The translations under genes and the position numbers were made by a program. Below are positions 44,551 through 53,098 of a stretch of 64,000 bases of DNA, piece by piece (the first letter of the stretch is position 1; every line of letters starts with the position of its first letter). Under the pieces are notes generated by a model, which saw nothing but the letters and a program-made list of their open reading frames with translations, was not told where the DNA came from and searched no databases. Source of the DNA: a virus; IMG/VR virus record IMGVR_UViG_3300032285_002884; one strand, written 5' to 3'.

Positions 44551-44754
44551 ATGACTAAGACACCTTACGAGATCCGTCTCGACGTTCTGAACTTCGCACA
44601 GAATCAGCTGCAGGGAGAATACTTTGCTCAGATGGAGCGTATTCGCATGCAGAAAGATCTCAACTTACCCGTCGAATCAATTCCTAGCTATCCGACCAAG
44701 GATGACATCATCTTTCTAGCTGAAAGCCTTAAGAACTTCGTCGACACGAAGTAA
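44551..44754 (+). CDS. conserved hypothetical (TPYEIRLDVL)
   Basis: AGGAG RBS. Confidence 0.75.
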   Translation: MTKTPYEIRLDVLNFAQNQLQGEYFAQMERIRMQKDLNLPVESIPSYPTKDDIIFLAESLKNFVDTK

Positions 44755-44762
44755 GCTATAAC

Positions 44763-44839
44763 GGTCTCATAGCTCAGCTGTATAGAGCAGCCGCCTTCTA
44801 AGCGGCAGGTCGTTGGTTAGAGTCCAACTGAGATCACCA
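44763..44839 (+). tRNA. tRNA-Arg(UCU)
   Basis: GGTCTCA/TGAGATC acceptor; GCCGC-CTTCTAA-GCGGC; A20; CCA. Confidence 0.9.
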
Positions 44840-44861
44840 ATCAAGGAGTGGGCTATTGGAT

Positions 44862-45047
44862 ATGAAGATCGTACCCGTTTGGGTTGTCTACCTCGTAGCG
44901 GTCGTAGTTCTGATAGCTCACGACTTCCTTATCAAAGACTACATCTTTGGATTCTTGGCTTTCATGGCTTTTGCCGGAGCCTTAGTTATGAAGAACACCT
45001 ATCAGTTGGTGTTTATGGATAAGACGGAAGATGATGCTGACCAATGA
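44862..45047 (+). CDS. small 2-TM membrane protein
   Basis: Two hydrophobic segments. Confidence 0.6.
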   Translation: MKIVPVWVVYLVAVVVLIAHDFLIKDYIFGFLAFMAFAGALVMKNTYQLVFMDKTEDDADQ

Positions 45048-45280
45048 ATATTTTTGGAATCGTTAACTCAAACTCGACCTTCTCGAGTGAGATTGAAAAG
45101 CTAGTAAGCACTAAGAACATCGACTACATCGACGCCATCGTTCTCTGGTGCGAGCGCAACAACCTAGAAGTCGAGTACGCCGCGGGCATGATCAAGAAGG
45201 ATCCCGTGCTCAAGTCTAAGGTTCAGGTCGAGGCCGAGAACATCAACGTCTTGAAGAAGGGCGCGAGACTGCCGATATGA
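45044..45280 (+). CDS. gp33: late transcription co-activator
   Basis: FS.EIEK...YIDAI...LKSK...EA; synteny with gp59 and gp32. Confidence 0.85.
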   Translation: MNIFGIVNSNSTFSSEIEKLVSTKNIDYIDAIVLWCERNNLEVEYAAGMIKKDPVLKSKVQVEAENINVLKKGARLPI

Positions 45281-45870
45281 TGGTGAGGAAGAGCGTGTCA
45301 CCCTTTGAATGCTACCAAGACTACCTTGCACTAAAGCAGCACTTCAGCCGCCCAGACTACGACTACGTAAAGTACAACGGCAAGGTCAACGCCAGACTAT
45401 CAAGCTTCGAGGGACGGCGAGACAAGATCTTCTTTGCCAAGCTCTCAAAGCATCCAGATCCTCACAACTTCCTCCTGTCCAATATGGTCAAGAACCCCAA
45501 GGTCTGGATCAAGGACATCGCGTACAACGAGTCAGCCCATCGTGTATACGAGGACTGGATGAAGAAGAACCAGTCCCTCACGTACCTCTTTAAGAACGAG
45601 GTCGGTAAGCTCAGGGACGACTTCGACAGCAACTTTAAGGTGCTCGACAACGAGCATCCCTACGCCCTCAAGCTGTACATGCAGGGTGAGATATCTCTTG
45701 AGACACTCGTCATCTTAGTAAACTTGACTAAGTGCCTAAAGCACTGGAGCAAGAAGATGGCTGACGATCCGGTCTGGGAAGAGATCAAGCTTCTAATCGT
45801 CAAGTATAATGCGTTCTTGAAATATGACGAGGAGAAGATGAAGAACATCGTAGTTGACAAGTATCAATGA
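45277..45870 (+). CDS. gp59: helicase loader
   Basis: YLALKQHF...YDY.KY.GK...F..RRDK.FF.KL; ISLETL. Confidence 0.9.
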   Translation: MMVRKSVSPFECYQDYLALKQHFSRPDYDYVKYNGKVNARLSSFEGRRDKIFFAKLSKHPDPHNFLLSNMVKNPKVWIKDIAYNESAHRVYEDWMKKNQSLTYLFKNEVGKLRDDFDSNFKVLDNEHPYALKLYMQGEISLETLVILVNLTKCLKHWSKKMADDPVWEEIKLLIVKYNAFLKYDEEKMKNIVVDKYQ

Positions 45871-45882
45871 AAGTGTTATTAT
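45854..45882 (+). promoter_or_regulatory. sigma70 promoter TTGACA-17-TATTAT for gp32
   Basis: Consensus with TG. Confidence 0.7.
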
Positions 45883-45951
45883 ATATAGTATGGGCGAATC
45901 ATCCAGCCCAATACGATATACATCGCAATATTAAACATACGGAGAATACAC

Positions 45952-46875
45952 ATGGACTTTTCACAGCTTAAGAAGCAGTCGGGTAAATCATCTCTTGAGA
46001 AGATCGCGTCAGATCTCAGCAAGATGAATTCCAATCAACAGGAGCGTAAGTCCGACGACCGCTTCTGGTCCCCTACGGTTGACAAGGCCGGCAACGGCTA
46101 CGCAGTCATCCGCTTCCTCCCATCGCCTGCTGGCGAGGACATGCCGTTCGTCCGAGTATGGGACCACGGCTTCCAGGGCCCAACCGGTACTTGGTACATC
46201 GAGAACTCCCTCACGACAATCGGCAAGAACGATCCGGTCTCCGAGCACAACTCGAAGCTCTGGAACTCCGGCCTTGAGTCTGACAAGGAGATCGCCCGTA
46301 AGCAGAAGCGTCGCCTTCACTTCGTGAGCAACGTCTACATCGTCAACGATCCGGGTAACCCCGAGAACGAGGGCAAGGTGTTCCTCTACAAGTACGGCAA
46401 GAAGATCTTTGACAAGCTCAACGAGCTCATGAACCCACAGTTCCAGGACGAAGAGGCGATCAACCCATTCGACTTCTGGGCCGGTGCCAACTTCAAGTTG
46501 AAGATCCGTCAGGTCGAAGGCTACCGCAACTACGACAAGTCTGAGTTCGCAAAGCCTAGCCCTCTGCTGGACGACGACAAGGAACTTGAGAACGTATGGA
46601 AGAAGGAGCACTCTCTTCAGGAGTTCCTCTCACCTTCCAACTTCAAGACCTACGAGGAGCTCTCTGCGAAGCTCGCCAAGGTACTCGGCACTGACGGCTC
46701 GTCTTCGGGCGCCCGTGCAAACGCTAAGGCTAAGGCAGCCGACGAGGACGACGCTCCATGGGCCGAGGAGACCGAGGCACCTAAGGCTCGCTCGACTCCA
46801 GCTCCGCGTCAGGCTGCTACCGACGATGACGAGGACGATGGACTCGACTTCTTTAAGAGTCTTGCAAATCGCTAA
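45952..46875 (+). CDS. gp32: single-stranded DNA-binding protein
   Basis: GNGYAVIRFLP, YKYGKKIF and NYDKSEF motifs; acidic tail. Confidence 0.96.
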   Translation: MDFSQLKKQSGKSSLEKIASDLSKMNSNQQERKSDDRFWSPTVDKAGNGYAVIRFLPSPAGEDMPFVRVWDHGFQGPTGTWYIENSLTTIGKNDPVSEHNSKLWNSGLESDKEIARKQKRRLHFVSNVYIVNDPGNPENEGKVFLYKYGKKIFDKLNELMNPQFQDEEAINPFDFWAGANFKLKIRQVEGYRNYDKSEFAKPSPLLDDDKELENVWKKEHSLQEFLSPSNFKTYEELSAKLAKVLGTDGSSSGARANAKAKAADEDDAPWAEETEAPKARSTPAPRQAATDDDEDDGLDFFKSLANR

Positions 46876-46878
46876 AAT

Positions 46879-46905
46879 AAAAAAGGGGGCTTCGGCCCCC
46901 TTTCT
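46879..46905. terminator. bidirectional terminator between convergent gp32 and the tail module
   Basis: AAAAAAGGGGGC-TTCG-GCCCCCTTT. Confidence 0.9.
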
Positions 46906-46906
46906 C

Positions 46907-49900
46907 TTATGCCGCGAAGGCCCTCGAGTCGAACATCTTAGCGATGACTTGGTCAGATGGCCTGACTGATGGGACCTCTTTGTTGTCCATGAGGTTGGTA
47001 CCGCCGCTGCTTCCGCCGCCTGAAGATGCGCTCGGCGAGGCAGTCCCTGAGCTCGACGCGGAAGGAGTCTTGATGTCGGGTGCTGATGTCTCTTGTGACT
47101 TGCTCATGAGAGTAGATCCAGTAGTCGGTTGAGCCATGGCCATCGTAGCCCCGCCCTGACCGCTCTTGTCTGCGAGCTTGTCTCCGGTCTTTGCAGAGTC
47201 ACCTCCACCGGTCGCAGTCACCGCACTCCCTGTCGCCTCGCCCGCTTCGATCTGACCATTTCTTGGTATGTTGACCGAGCCGTACTCTTCTTTTGCTATC
47301 GAGAAGTGCATCGGGTCTGGAGTCTTCTTGAAGTTCATTCCCCAACCTAGGCCATACTTAGCAGCGATGGCTCCGATGTTTGAAGGAAGATCGGTCTTTC
47401 TTGAGTTGTTAGGGTTGGTGTCGTCGTTGATGTCGATCGCCGCTCCTGAGGCGTGATAGCTCTTTACCTTTGGATTGTTTACGTTTGCCCTGTCTGCGTA
47501 CCCGCCGAGTCTCCTGATGTTGTAGCCCGTAGCTTCCAACTCGTCGATGAATCCTTGGAAGTTCTTAGCATAGGCCCCAGCGACCTCGACTGACTTTCCA
47601 CTCTTAGTCTTGATCCTAGTCAGGTTAGGCTTTGTAGGAGTCTTTTTTCCTCCAGGAGTAGTAGGACCGCCGGGAGCTGCAGGCGTCGCACCTGCTGGAG
47701 CAGAGCCGCTAGGAGTCGAGGTAGACGGTGCAGATCCAGGTGTAGCCGGTGAGGGGCCGGTCGCGGGAGATGTACTCACCGAGGGAGCAGTTCCTCCTTG
47801 ACGATCACGATCTTGCTTTGCATCGTATGGCGCTACGTCTCCAGGAGTAACTGATCCACCACCGCTAGCTGAAGGACCAGCGGCTGTTCCAGGAGTAGCT
47901 GCCGTCGCCGCTGTCTGTTCAAACGTTATCTTCTCTGCTGAGAACTTAATCTCTTTAGACGTAAACGATAGTGTATCCGCGTTTATGAGTTTGTCGCTTA
48001 CTCCAGCGACTCCCGATGCACTCTGAAGTCGATTGAGATCGCCTGAAGACTCAGTAGTATCCGTATCTTCCGGATTGTCGTATGACTCTTCGGCCATAGC
48101 ATCGGTCGGAAGAGTTGGTCTCACTCCATTTACTGCAGTCTCTTTAGATAGAGATGAAGCCGAAGACTGCTGGTCTCGATCTTCTCTTCCACCACCTCTG
48201 TTCTTCTTTGGATCCTGTACGTTAGAAGGTACGTTTAGAGTCTTTTCTATTACCTTATTGTATAGAGCTGTGATGGCTCCAGGATTAAACGAGTACTCAC
48301 CGATCTTGAGAGACGAGTCTTTGTTAGCCCCTCCCCCGAGTTTCTGAAGTTCGTCTATGGTGTAGCCCGCATTGATGAGGGCCTCGACCATCTGTATGGA
48401 GTCTTCTAGCTCAGTACCAAAAGAAGCTGCGCTTCTATCCATGCCATAGTTGTCTTTGCCGAGCTTGTCCTTGCCGGTAGCGCCCCTGATTCTAGCCTTG
48501 TTGTAGATATCAGTCTTCTTAGATCTAGCCTCGTACTCTGCAGCTTGAAGTTCTTTGTACTTCTTTTGAGTCTCAGGGTCGCTGTATGTCTTGATCTTAG
48601 CATAAGAGTAGTCGTCTTCTTGCTCGGTGAATTTAGACCCGCTCTTTGTCTGCTCTTCTTCGAATGCCTTTAGGCTATCTTCAGCCGAAGACTGGTCTTT
48701 AGTACTCTGCTGATACTCGGATCTAAGATCAGACAGACCAGTTGTCTTATTGGTCTGCTGGTCTCTGTCTTCTCTTCCTTTTTTCTGAGCGATAGCTGGA
48801 GTCTGTCCTGGAGGAGCGGCTGGACTCTTGCTCTCAGGCTTTGAGCCGCTGATGTAGCTCATGACGTATTCTTTAACTTGACTGTATACCTCAGACATCC
48901 TCTCACCTGACTGAGGGTCGTCTTCAGGGAATACGCCGTACACGGCTTGGTATACGTCTCTTGCTAAAAGACCGATGTCGATTCCAATAGACGCCGCAGT
49001 TCCAGCTCCTGGCAAAGTACTGGCCGCGCCGCCGGCTACCTCTGCAGTCGCGCCTTTCCAGTCACCATCGGCGAACAGCCTCCACGCGCCGAAAGCTACT
49101 CCCGCTGCTAGACCTACTAGAGGTATCTTTGAAGCTACAGACTTTGCAATCTTTGGACTTATTACTTTCGCGATCGCTTCCTTGATCGCTACTTTTCCAC
49201 CCTTCTTAGCCGCAGCCTCGACGCTTTCTTTTGCGGCGAGTGCACCCTCTTTTACTTCAGGCTTAGCTCCAGAGCCGAGGCCTCTCGCGTCTGCGGCTAC
49301 TGCGGCGGCGTTCTTTCCGACTGTAGTCTCAGCCTTGACTACACCCTCAGCCCCGATCTTGGCAGCTGAAGCTGCGGCTTTTCTCTCTCCGCTCTTAGCG
49401 AGTCTGTTGGCTATCGACTTAGCTCCGCCGACGGCCGTTGCTCCTCCAACGTATAGGCCAAGACCTTCGAGAAGATTCTTTAGTAGACCTCCGCCTTCAC
49501 CGCCTCCTCCGCCGCCACCTGCTTCACTACCTCGCGGACCTCCCCTACCTCCCTTGAGACTGGAGTTGGCTTCATTTCTAGCTAGGTTCTCGATACCGTA
49601 CTTGATGTCGCCGAGTACGTCGATCGCTTCTCCGAGCTTTGTTACCTGCTGACGCGATACCTGTAAGTTCTGTCTAGACACTCTGTTGGTGTCTAGTAAG
49701 ATCTCTCTTATCCCGGCGTTTACGGGAGGGTTTCCTACGCCGCTGGTAGTAGTCCCGGAGCCGCCGACCGGTGCAGACCTTACTCTCTGTGAACCTTCGC
49801 CACCGCCTTCATTGGACATACTCTTATAGATGCCCTGAGCTTTCGAGACGTTGTCTCCGCCAAAGATGTACTTAGCAGCCTCTAGCGCAGCAAACTCGCC

Positions 49901-49948
49901 TGCCACTCTGCCTCCAGCCTTAAAGAGTCCGCCTGGTAATTTTGCCAT
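46907..49948 (-). CDS. tape-measure/baseplate-hub (gp29-like) protein with C-terminal M15 peptidase domain
   Basis: Ala/Gly-rich KIPLVG...GDWKGA region; R...SYHASGAAIDIN...DPMHFS; synteny. Confidence 0.7.
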   Translation of the reverse strand: MAKLPGGLFKAGGRVAGEFAALEAAKYIFGGDNVSKAQGIYKSMSNEGGGEGSQRVRSAPVGGSGTTTSGVGNPPVNAGIREILLDTNRVSRQNLQVSRQQVTKLGEAIDVLGDIKYGIENLARNEANSSLKGGRGGPRGSEAGGGGGGGEGGGLLKNLLEGLGLYVGGATAVGGAKSIANRLAKSGERKAAASAAKIGAEGVVKAETTVGKNAAAVAADARGLGSGAKPEVKEGALAAKESVEAAAKKGGKVAIKEAIAKVISPKIAKSVASKIPLVGLAAGVAFGAWRLFADGDWKGATAEVAGGAASTLPGAGTAASIGIDIGLLARDVYQAVYGVFPEDDPQSGERMSEVYSQVKEYVMSYISGSKPESKSPAAPPGQTPAIAQKKGREDRDQQTNKTTGLSDLRSEYQQSTKDQSSAEDSLKAFEEEQTKSGSKFTEQEDDYSYAKIKTYSDPETQKKYKELQAAEYEARSKKTDIYNKARIRGATGKDKLGKDNYGMDRSAASFGTELEDSIQMVEALINAGYTIDELQKLGGGANKDSSLKIGEYSFNPGAITALYNKVIEKTLNVPSNVQDPKKNRGGGREDRDQQSSASSLSKETAVNGVRPTLPTDAMAEESYDNPEDTDTTESSGDLNRLQSASGVAGVSDKLINADTLSFTSKEIKFSAEKITFEQTAATAATPGTAAGPSASGGGSVTPGDVAPYDAKQDRDRQGGTAPSVSTSPATGPSPATPGSAPSTSTPSGSAPAGATPAAPGGPTTPGGKKTPTKPNLTRIKTKSGKSVEVAGAYAKNFQGFIDELEATGYNIRRLGGYADRANVNNPKVKSYHASGAAIDINDDTNPNNSRKTDLPSNIGAIAAKYGLGWGMNFKKTPDPMHFSIAKEEYGSVNIPRNGQIEAGEATGSAVTATGGGDSAKTGDKLADKSGQGGATMAMAQPTTGSTLMSKSQETSAPDIKTPSASSSGTASPSASSGGGSSGGTNLMDNKEVPSVRPSDQVIAKMFDSRAFAA

Positions 49949-49950
49949 CT

Positions 49951-50424
49951 TTAGTTATTCCCTAACGCTGCTATCTTTTCCTGTCCGCGGGTCCAAGCAG
50001 AGATGCCTAGGATGCCGCCGAAGGCGAGGTGGATGAGACCGCCGTTTGAGAGTGTAAGTGGGACCCATGGCGTATAGCCTATGGAGATTCCGAAACTCTT
50101 CTCTATCACGGGAAGAAACATTGTGAGGGCGGGAAATATTATGAAGTCGAACGCACATATGGCCATGTACAAGAAAGCCATCGATGGGCGCCAGTAAGAC
50201 TTCATCCAAGGTTCTTCTTGGGTCTTCAGCTGAGTGTCGACGATCTTACTCTCGACCGCGACCTGCGACAGACCGACCGACGCTTGGGCCTTGGCGGTCG
50301 TAGCCATGCTCTCAGCTAATATGTTTGGATTAGCAGCTACGACAACCGGTGTGACTACCTGCTGAGAAGCTGTAGACAGAATCTTTGCAGGAGTATCATC
50401 CCAGTTGTCGTTGAACTTAGCCAT
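49951..50424 (-). CDS. putative holin (GTA 3TM-like)
   Basis: WRPSMAFLYM..C.FDF; GILGISAWTRGQEK; ATAAATA upstream at 50532-50538. Confidence 0.65.
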   Translation of the reverse strand: MAKFNDNWDDTPAKILSTASQQVVTPVVVAANPNILAESMATTAKAQASVGLSQVAVESKIVDTQLKTQEEPWMKSYWRPSMAFLYMAICAFDFIIFPALTMFLPVIEKSFGISIGYTPWVPLTLSNGGLIHLAFGGILGISAWTRGQEKIAALGNN

Positions 50425-50611
50425 TTGCCAGTAGTCTCTGCTTTTCTTCTAGTTCTTTCAAGTGTTGTATCAGCATCTCCACGTAGATGTCTCGCTCGAA
50501 GACGATCAAATTCTCAACTTCACTGATAGGATATTTATGGTACTGAGTCAGAGAGAATACAGTCTTATAGTAGTTCTCTAGGGTGTTGTGACTCAGACAA
50601 ACGTAAAAAAA
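50417..50611 (-). CDS. gp51-like C-terminal extension reached by -1 frameshift (no start codon of its own; not in ORF track)
   Basis: Frame opens right after TGA at a T7 slippery run: FFYVCLSHNTLENYYKTVFSLTQYHKYPISEVENLIVFERDIYVEML... Confidence 0.75.
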   Translation of the reverse strand, partial: FFYVCLSHNTLENYYKTVFSLTQYHKYPISEVENLIVFERDIYVEMLIQHLKELEEKQRLLANG

Positions 50612-51306
50612 TCAGTTAACGTTGTCAGGTTGATGGTCTTCTCTGTGCCGAGCTTGTTCTTATATGTGATGACGTGCTTGATGTAAGGCGTGGTCGATAA
50701 GAACTCCTTAATCTTCTCGAACGTCTTGATGTCTAGAGACTGGACAAACTCGACGAGCTCTTCCTTGGTCGACAGGGCAGCGTCGGTAGCCTCGTCGCCG
50801 TCGTATACCTTGTCAATGCAGCCGGCTACTAGGTCTTCAAAGTTAGCGGCCTCGTTGCCGAATACTTTCTCGTCATCGTAGACTCGACCGGTCGGATAGT
50901 TCAGGGTGAAGCCGATCTGATCGTTTACCTTGATGACGTTGGAAGGGGCGTCCTCGGGAAACTCTACCTGAATAGTATCGAGTGGGATGTCGAAGTCGTA
51001 GACCTCATTGTCGTCTAGATCCCTATATGAGACCTTAGATACGTTGTTGATCGATGCGGCCCTGATCTTGATGAACAGATACTCGATGTCGAAGATAGGC
51101 GTCTTGTCGATGTTGAAGTCCTTGGTGATCACGCAGTTGTTGACCACTTGCTTGATAGCCTTAAAGATGTCAGCCTGTGACTCGGCCTGCTTGGCCATGA
51201 GAAGGATCTTCTCATCTTTTACCAGCATCTGTCTGAACTCGATCTTCCTCTTGGTCGAGGGGACGACGCAGTCCATAATAGGGTATTCAATCTTAGGCAA
51301 TGCCAT
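50593..51306 (-). CDS. gp26: baseplate hub assembly protein (gp26-like)
   Basis: MALPKI..P; FR..LVK.EKILLMA; FDIEYLF.KIRA.S; ends TDFF. Confidence 0.88.
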   Translation of the reverse strand: MALPKIEYPIMDCVVPSTKRKIEFRQMLVKDEKILLMAKQAESQADIFKAIKQVVNNCVITKDFNIDKTPIFDIEYLFIKIRAASINNVSKVSYRDLDDNEVYDFDIPLDTIQVEFPEDAPSNVIKVNDQIGFTLNYPTGRVYDDEKVFGNEAANFEDLVAGCIDKVYDGDEATDAALSTKEELVEFVQSLDIKTFEKIKEFLSTTPYIKHVITYKNKLGTEKTINLTTLTDFFTFV

Positions 51307-51327
51307 TATATCACTCCACGGTTGTTA

Positions 51328-52020
51328 TTAAATTCTACCAGCAGGTCCATTGTTGTTCGTGACAATGTCTGGGATGTCTTTCGGCTTTGTTGTATAGTTA
51401 CTCTTGTCTATGTATAGCTCGTCTACGTACCAGTTCTTATAAGCGAACGTGACCGGTATTCTCATGATGGTGTTGTTGTCGGCCCAGCTCAGGTTGAGGT
51501 CGTTGACGAAGATCGGATAGCAGTCTATGAGGAACACCTTGTGAGTCAATAGACCTGCTTGGTTGTAGACTTCAATGTTCATGTCGACGGCGTAGTCGTT
51601 CTTGTATCCGAGCTCATAGGGACCCTGCGATGGAAGCAGACCCGTCGCGTCGAATAGGTTTCCCGTTCTATTATCATAGTTCATTATGATCTTCATCCAA
51701 GCTTGGAAGAATCTCAAGATCACTCCCTCTGCGTCGGAGTGTACCGACGTAGTCAAGTCTGCGAACGCTAGACCGTAGGGTCTCTTCTGAACGATACCAT
51801 AGCCGTACCTGAAGACGTCGCTCGTGCTTAGCTGGATTCCAGGAAGGTTAGATGACTCGATAAAGAACTGCAGCCCGCTCGTCAGCTCTGAGAACTCATT
51901 TACTGCGACCGAGTTGTTCATTCCTGCTGGAAGCTTTGGTACATTGACGAGGAACCTGTTATTGGTCAGGTAGCCCTTATCATTGATCTTTGCCCTGAAG
52001 TTATTAAGTGCTATTGCCAT
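51328..52020 (-). CDS. tail tube initiator (gp54-like, tube-protein fold)
   Basis: NRF.V, S.LPG...Y, YP...L.W...IPVTFAY..W; start at ATG 52020 (TAATG coupling). Confidence 0.7.
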   Translation of the reverse strand: MAIALNNFRAKINDKGYLTNNRFLVNVPKLPAGMNNSVAVNEFSELTSGLQFFIESSNLPGIQLSTSDVFRYGYGIVQKRPYGLAFADLTTSVHSDAEGVILRFFQAWMKIIMNYDNRTGNLFDATGLLPSQGPYELGYKNDYAVDMNIEVYNQAGLLTHKVFLIDCYPIFVNDLNLSWADNNTIMRIPVTFAYKNWYVDELYIDKSNYTTKPKDIPDIVTNNNGPAGRI

Positions 52021-52625
52021 TATCGTCCAACCATCTTTGATGACGCTCCATGTGCGGTCGACTTTGGTGAACCGACGAATCTCTCGGTAGGAAGCATGAG
52101 AGCCATGTCCCACTCCTTTGGGCTTATGTACATAAACTTAGACCTTACTTGACTGTTTAGATATCTCTTGACACAGGGCTCGAAGAGCTTGAACCTGCTC
52201 GACCCCTTTAGGATCTTATAAGATGCTATGAGGCGAGTAGTCTCATCACCCTTGTTGTTATTGACGAGGGAGTACAGAGAGTCCATCAGCCTAGCCCTGA
52301 GAAGAGGCGGGAGATAGTGGAGGTTGATCCCGAGAAACCCGTCGCCGTAGATCTCGATCGGAAATATAAGCGGGTACCTGTCCCAGTATGGGAGGGTAGC
52401 CTTACCCTTGGCGTCGTAGAAGAACGAGTACATCCTGCCTATAGACCTAGCGTTGATGCTGGATTCTAGACGAAAAGGCTGGTCTGACTGTAGCCTGTTG
52501 ACGTTGACGCTCGTAACGTTCTGGGCTACGTCTCTGAACCACCCTCTGGCGTCTAAGATGTTCTTTGAGACATCGATGCCGTTCAAGGATGCCTGCTTTG
52601 CCAGTGTCTGAAAGATGTAGGCCAT
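52020..52625 (-). CDS. gp2: DNA end protector protein
   Basis: YDAK.K.TLPYWD.YPL; GINLHYL; CVKRYL; LPTERF. Confidence 0.92.
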   Translation of the reverse strand: MAYIFQTLAKQASLNGIDVSKNILDARGWFRDVAQNVTSVNVNRLQSDQPFRLESSINARSIGRMYSFFYDAKGKATLPYWDRYPLIFPIEIYGDGFLGINLHYLPPLLRARLMDSLYSLVNNNKGDETTRLIASYKILKGSSRFKLFEPCVKRYLNSQVRSKFMYISPKEWDMALMLPTERFVGSPKSTAHGASSKMVGR

Positions 52626-52640
52626 TAGTCGTCCTAGAAG

Positions 52641-53075
52641 TTAAATGTTGAGCTCGCGCTCTGTGAATATCTTAAACTTCCAGCCTCGGTCTTCGCAGTA
52701 GTCTTCCGCGGCCTTCCACTTCGAACTATTTATTCCCCAAGTCATAACCTCGTTTAGGTACTTCTTGGTTACTTTAGACTGCTTCTTTGGCTCTTTAGTC
52801 TGCGCTGCGGGCTTGACCTCGATTATCAGGGTCTCGACTTTTCCATCAGCCCCTCGCCTCTTTACATAGAAGTCTGGGAAGTATCTATGGACTCGACCGT
52901 CGATAGGACTCCTGTAAGGGATGAAGAACTCTTCTGAACCCCACTCAATCACGTCTCTGTGTTGATCAAGCCACATCATTAGCTTGAGCTCCCAGCTTGA
53001 CCTATAAATAATGTTAGATGGATCTCCGCGGTACTTCGACGGATTCCTTGGTTTGAAGTATCCCCTGTAGGCCAT
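52641..53075 (-). CDS. gp4: head completion nuclease (TnsA-like)
   Basis: NPSKY.GD...YRSSWE...RYFPDF...IEVKP. Confidence 0.92.
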   Translation of the reverse strand: MAYRGYFKPRNPSKYRGDPSNIIYRSSWELKLMMWLDQHRDVIEWGSEEFFIPYRSPIDGRVHRYFPDFYVKRRGADGKVETLIIEVKPAAQTKEPKKQSKVTKKYLNEVMTWGINSSKWKAAEDYCEDRGWKFKIFTERELNI

Positions 53076-53087
53076 AACCCTATTTAT
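53003..53087. promoter_or_regulatory. divergent late promoters (TATAAATA on + at 53003; ATAAATA on - at 53081-53087)
   Basis: Flank the gp4/gp48 divergence point. Confidence 0.65.
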
Positions 53088-53098
53088 CCGAGAGACGC

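Noticed and set aside
6030-46611. Many long minus-strand ORFs in the track (for example 6030..6725, 11482..12153, 41014..41682, 46009..46611)
   Set aside because: Antisense shadows of well-supported + strand genes, produced by codon bias; no RBS or motifs
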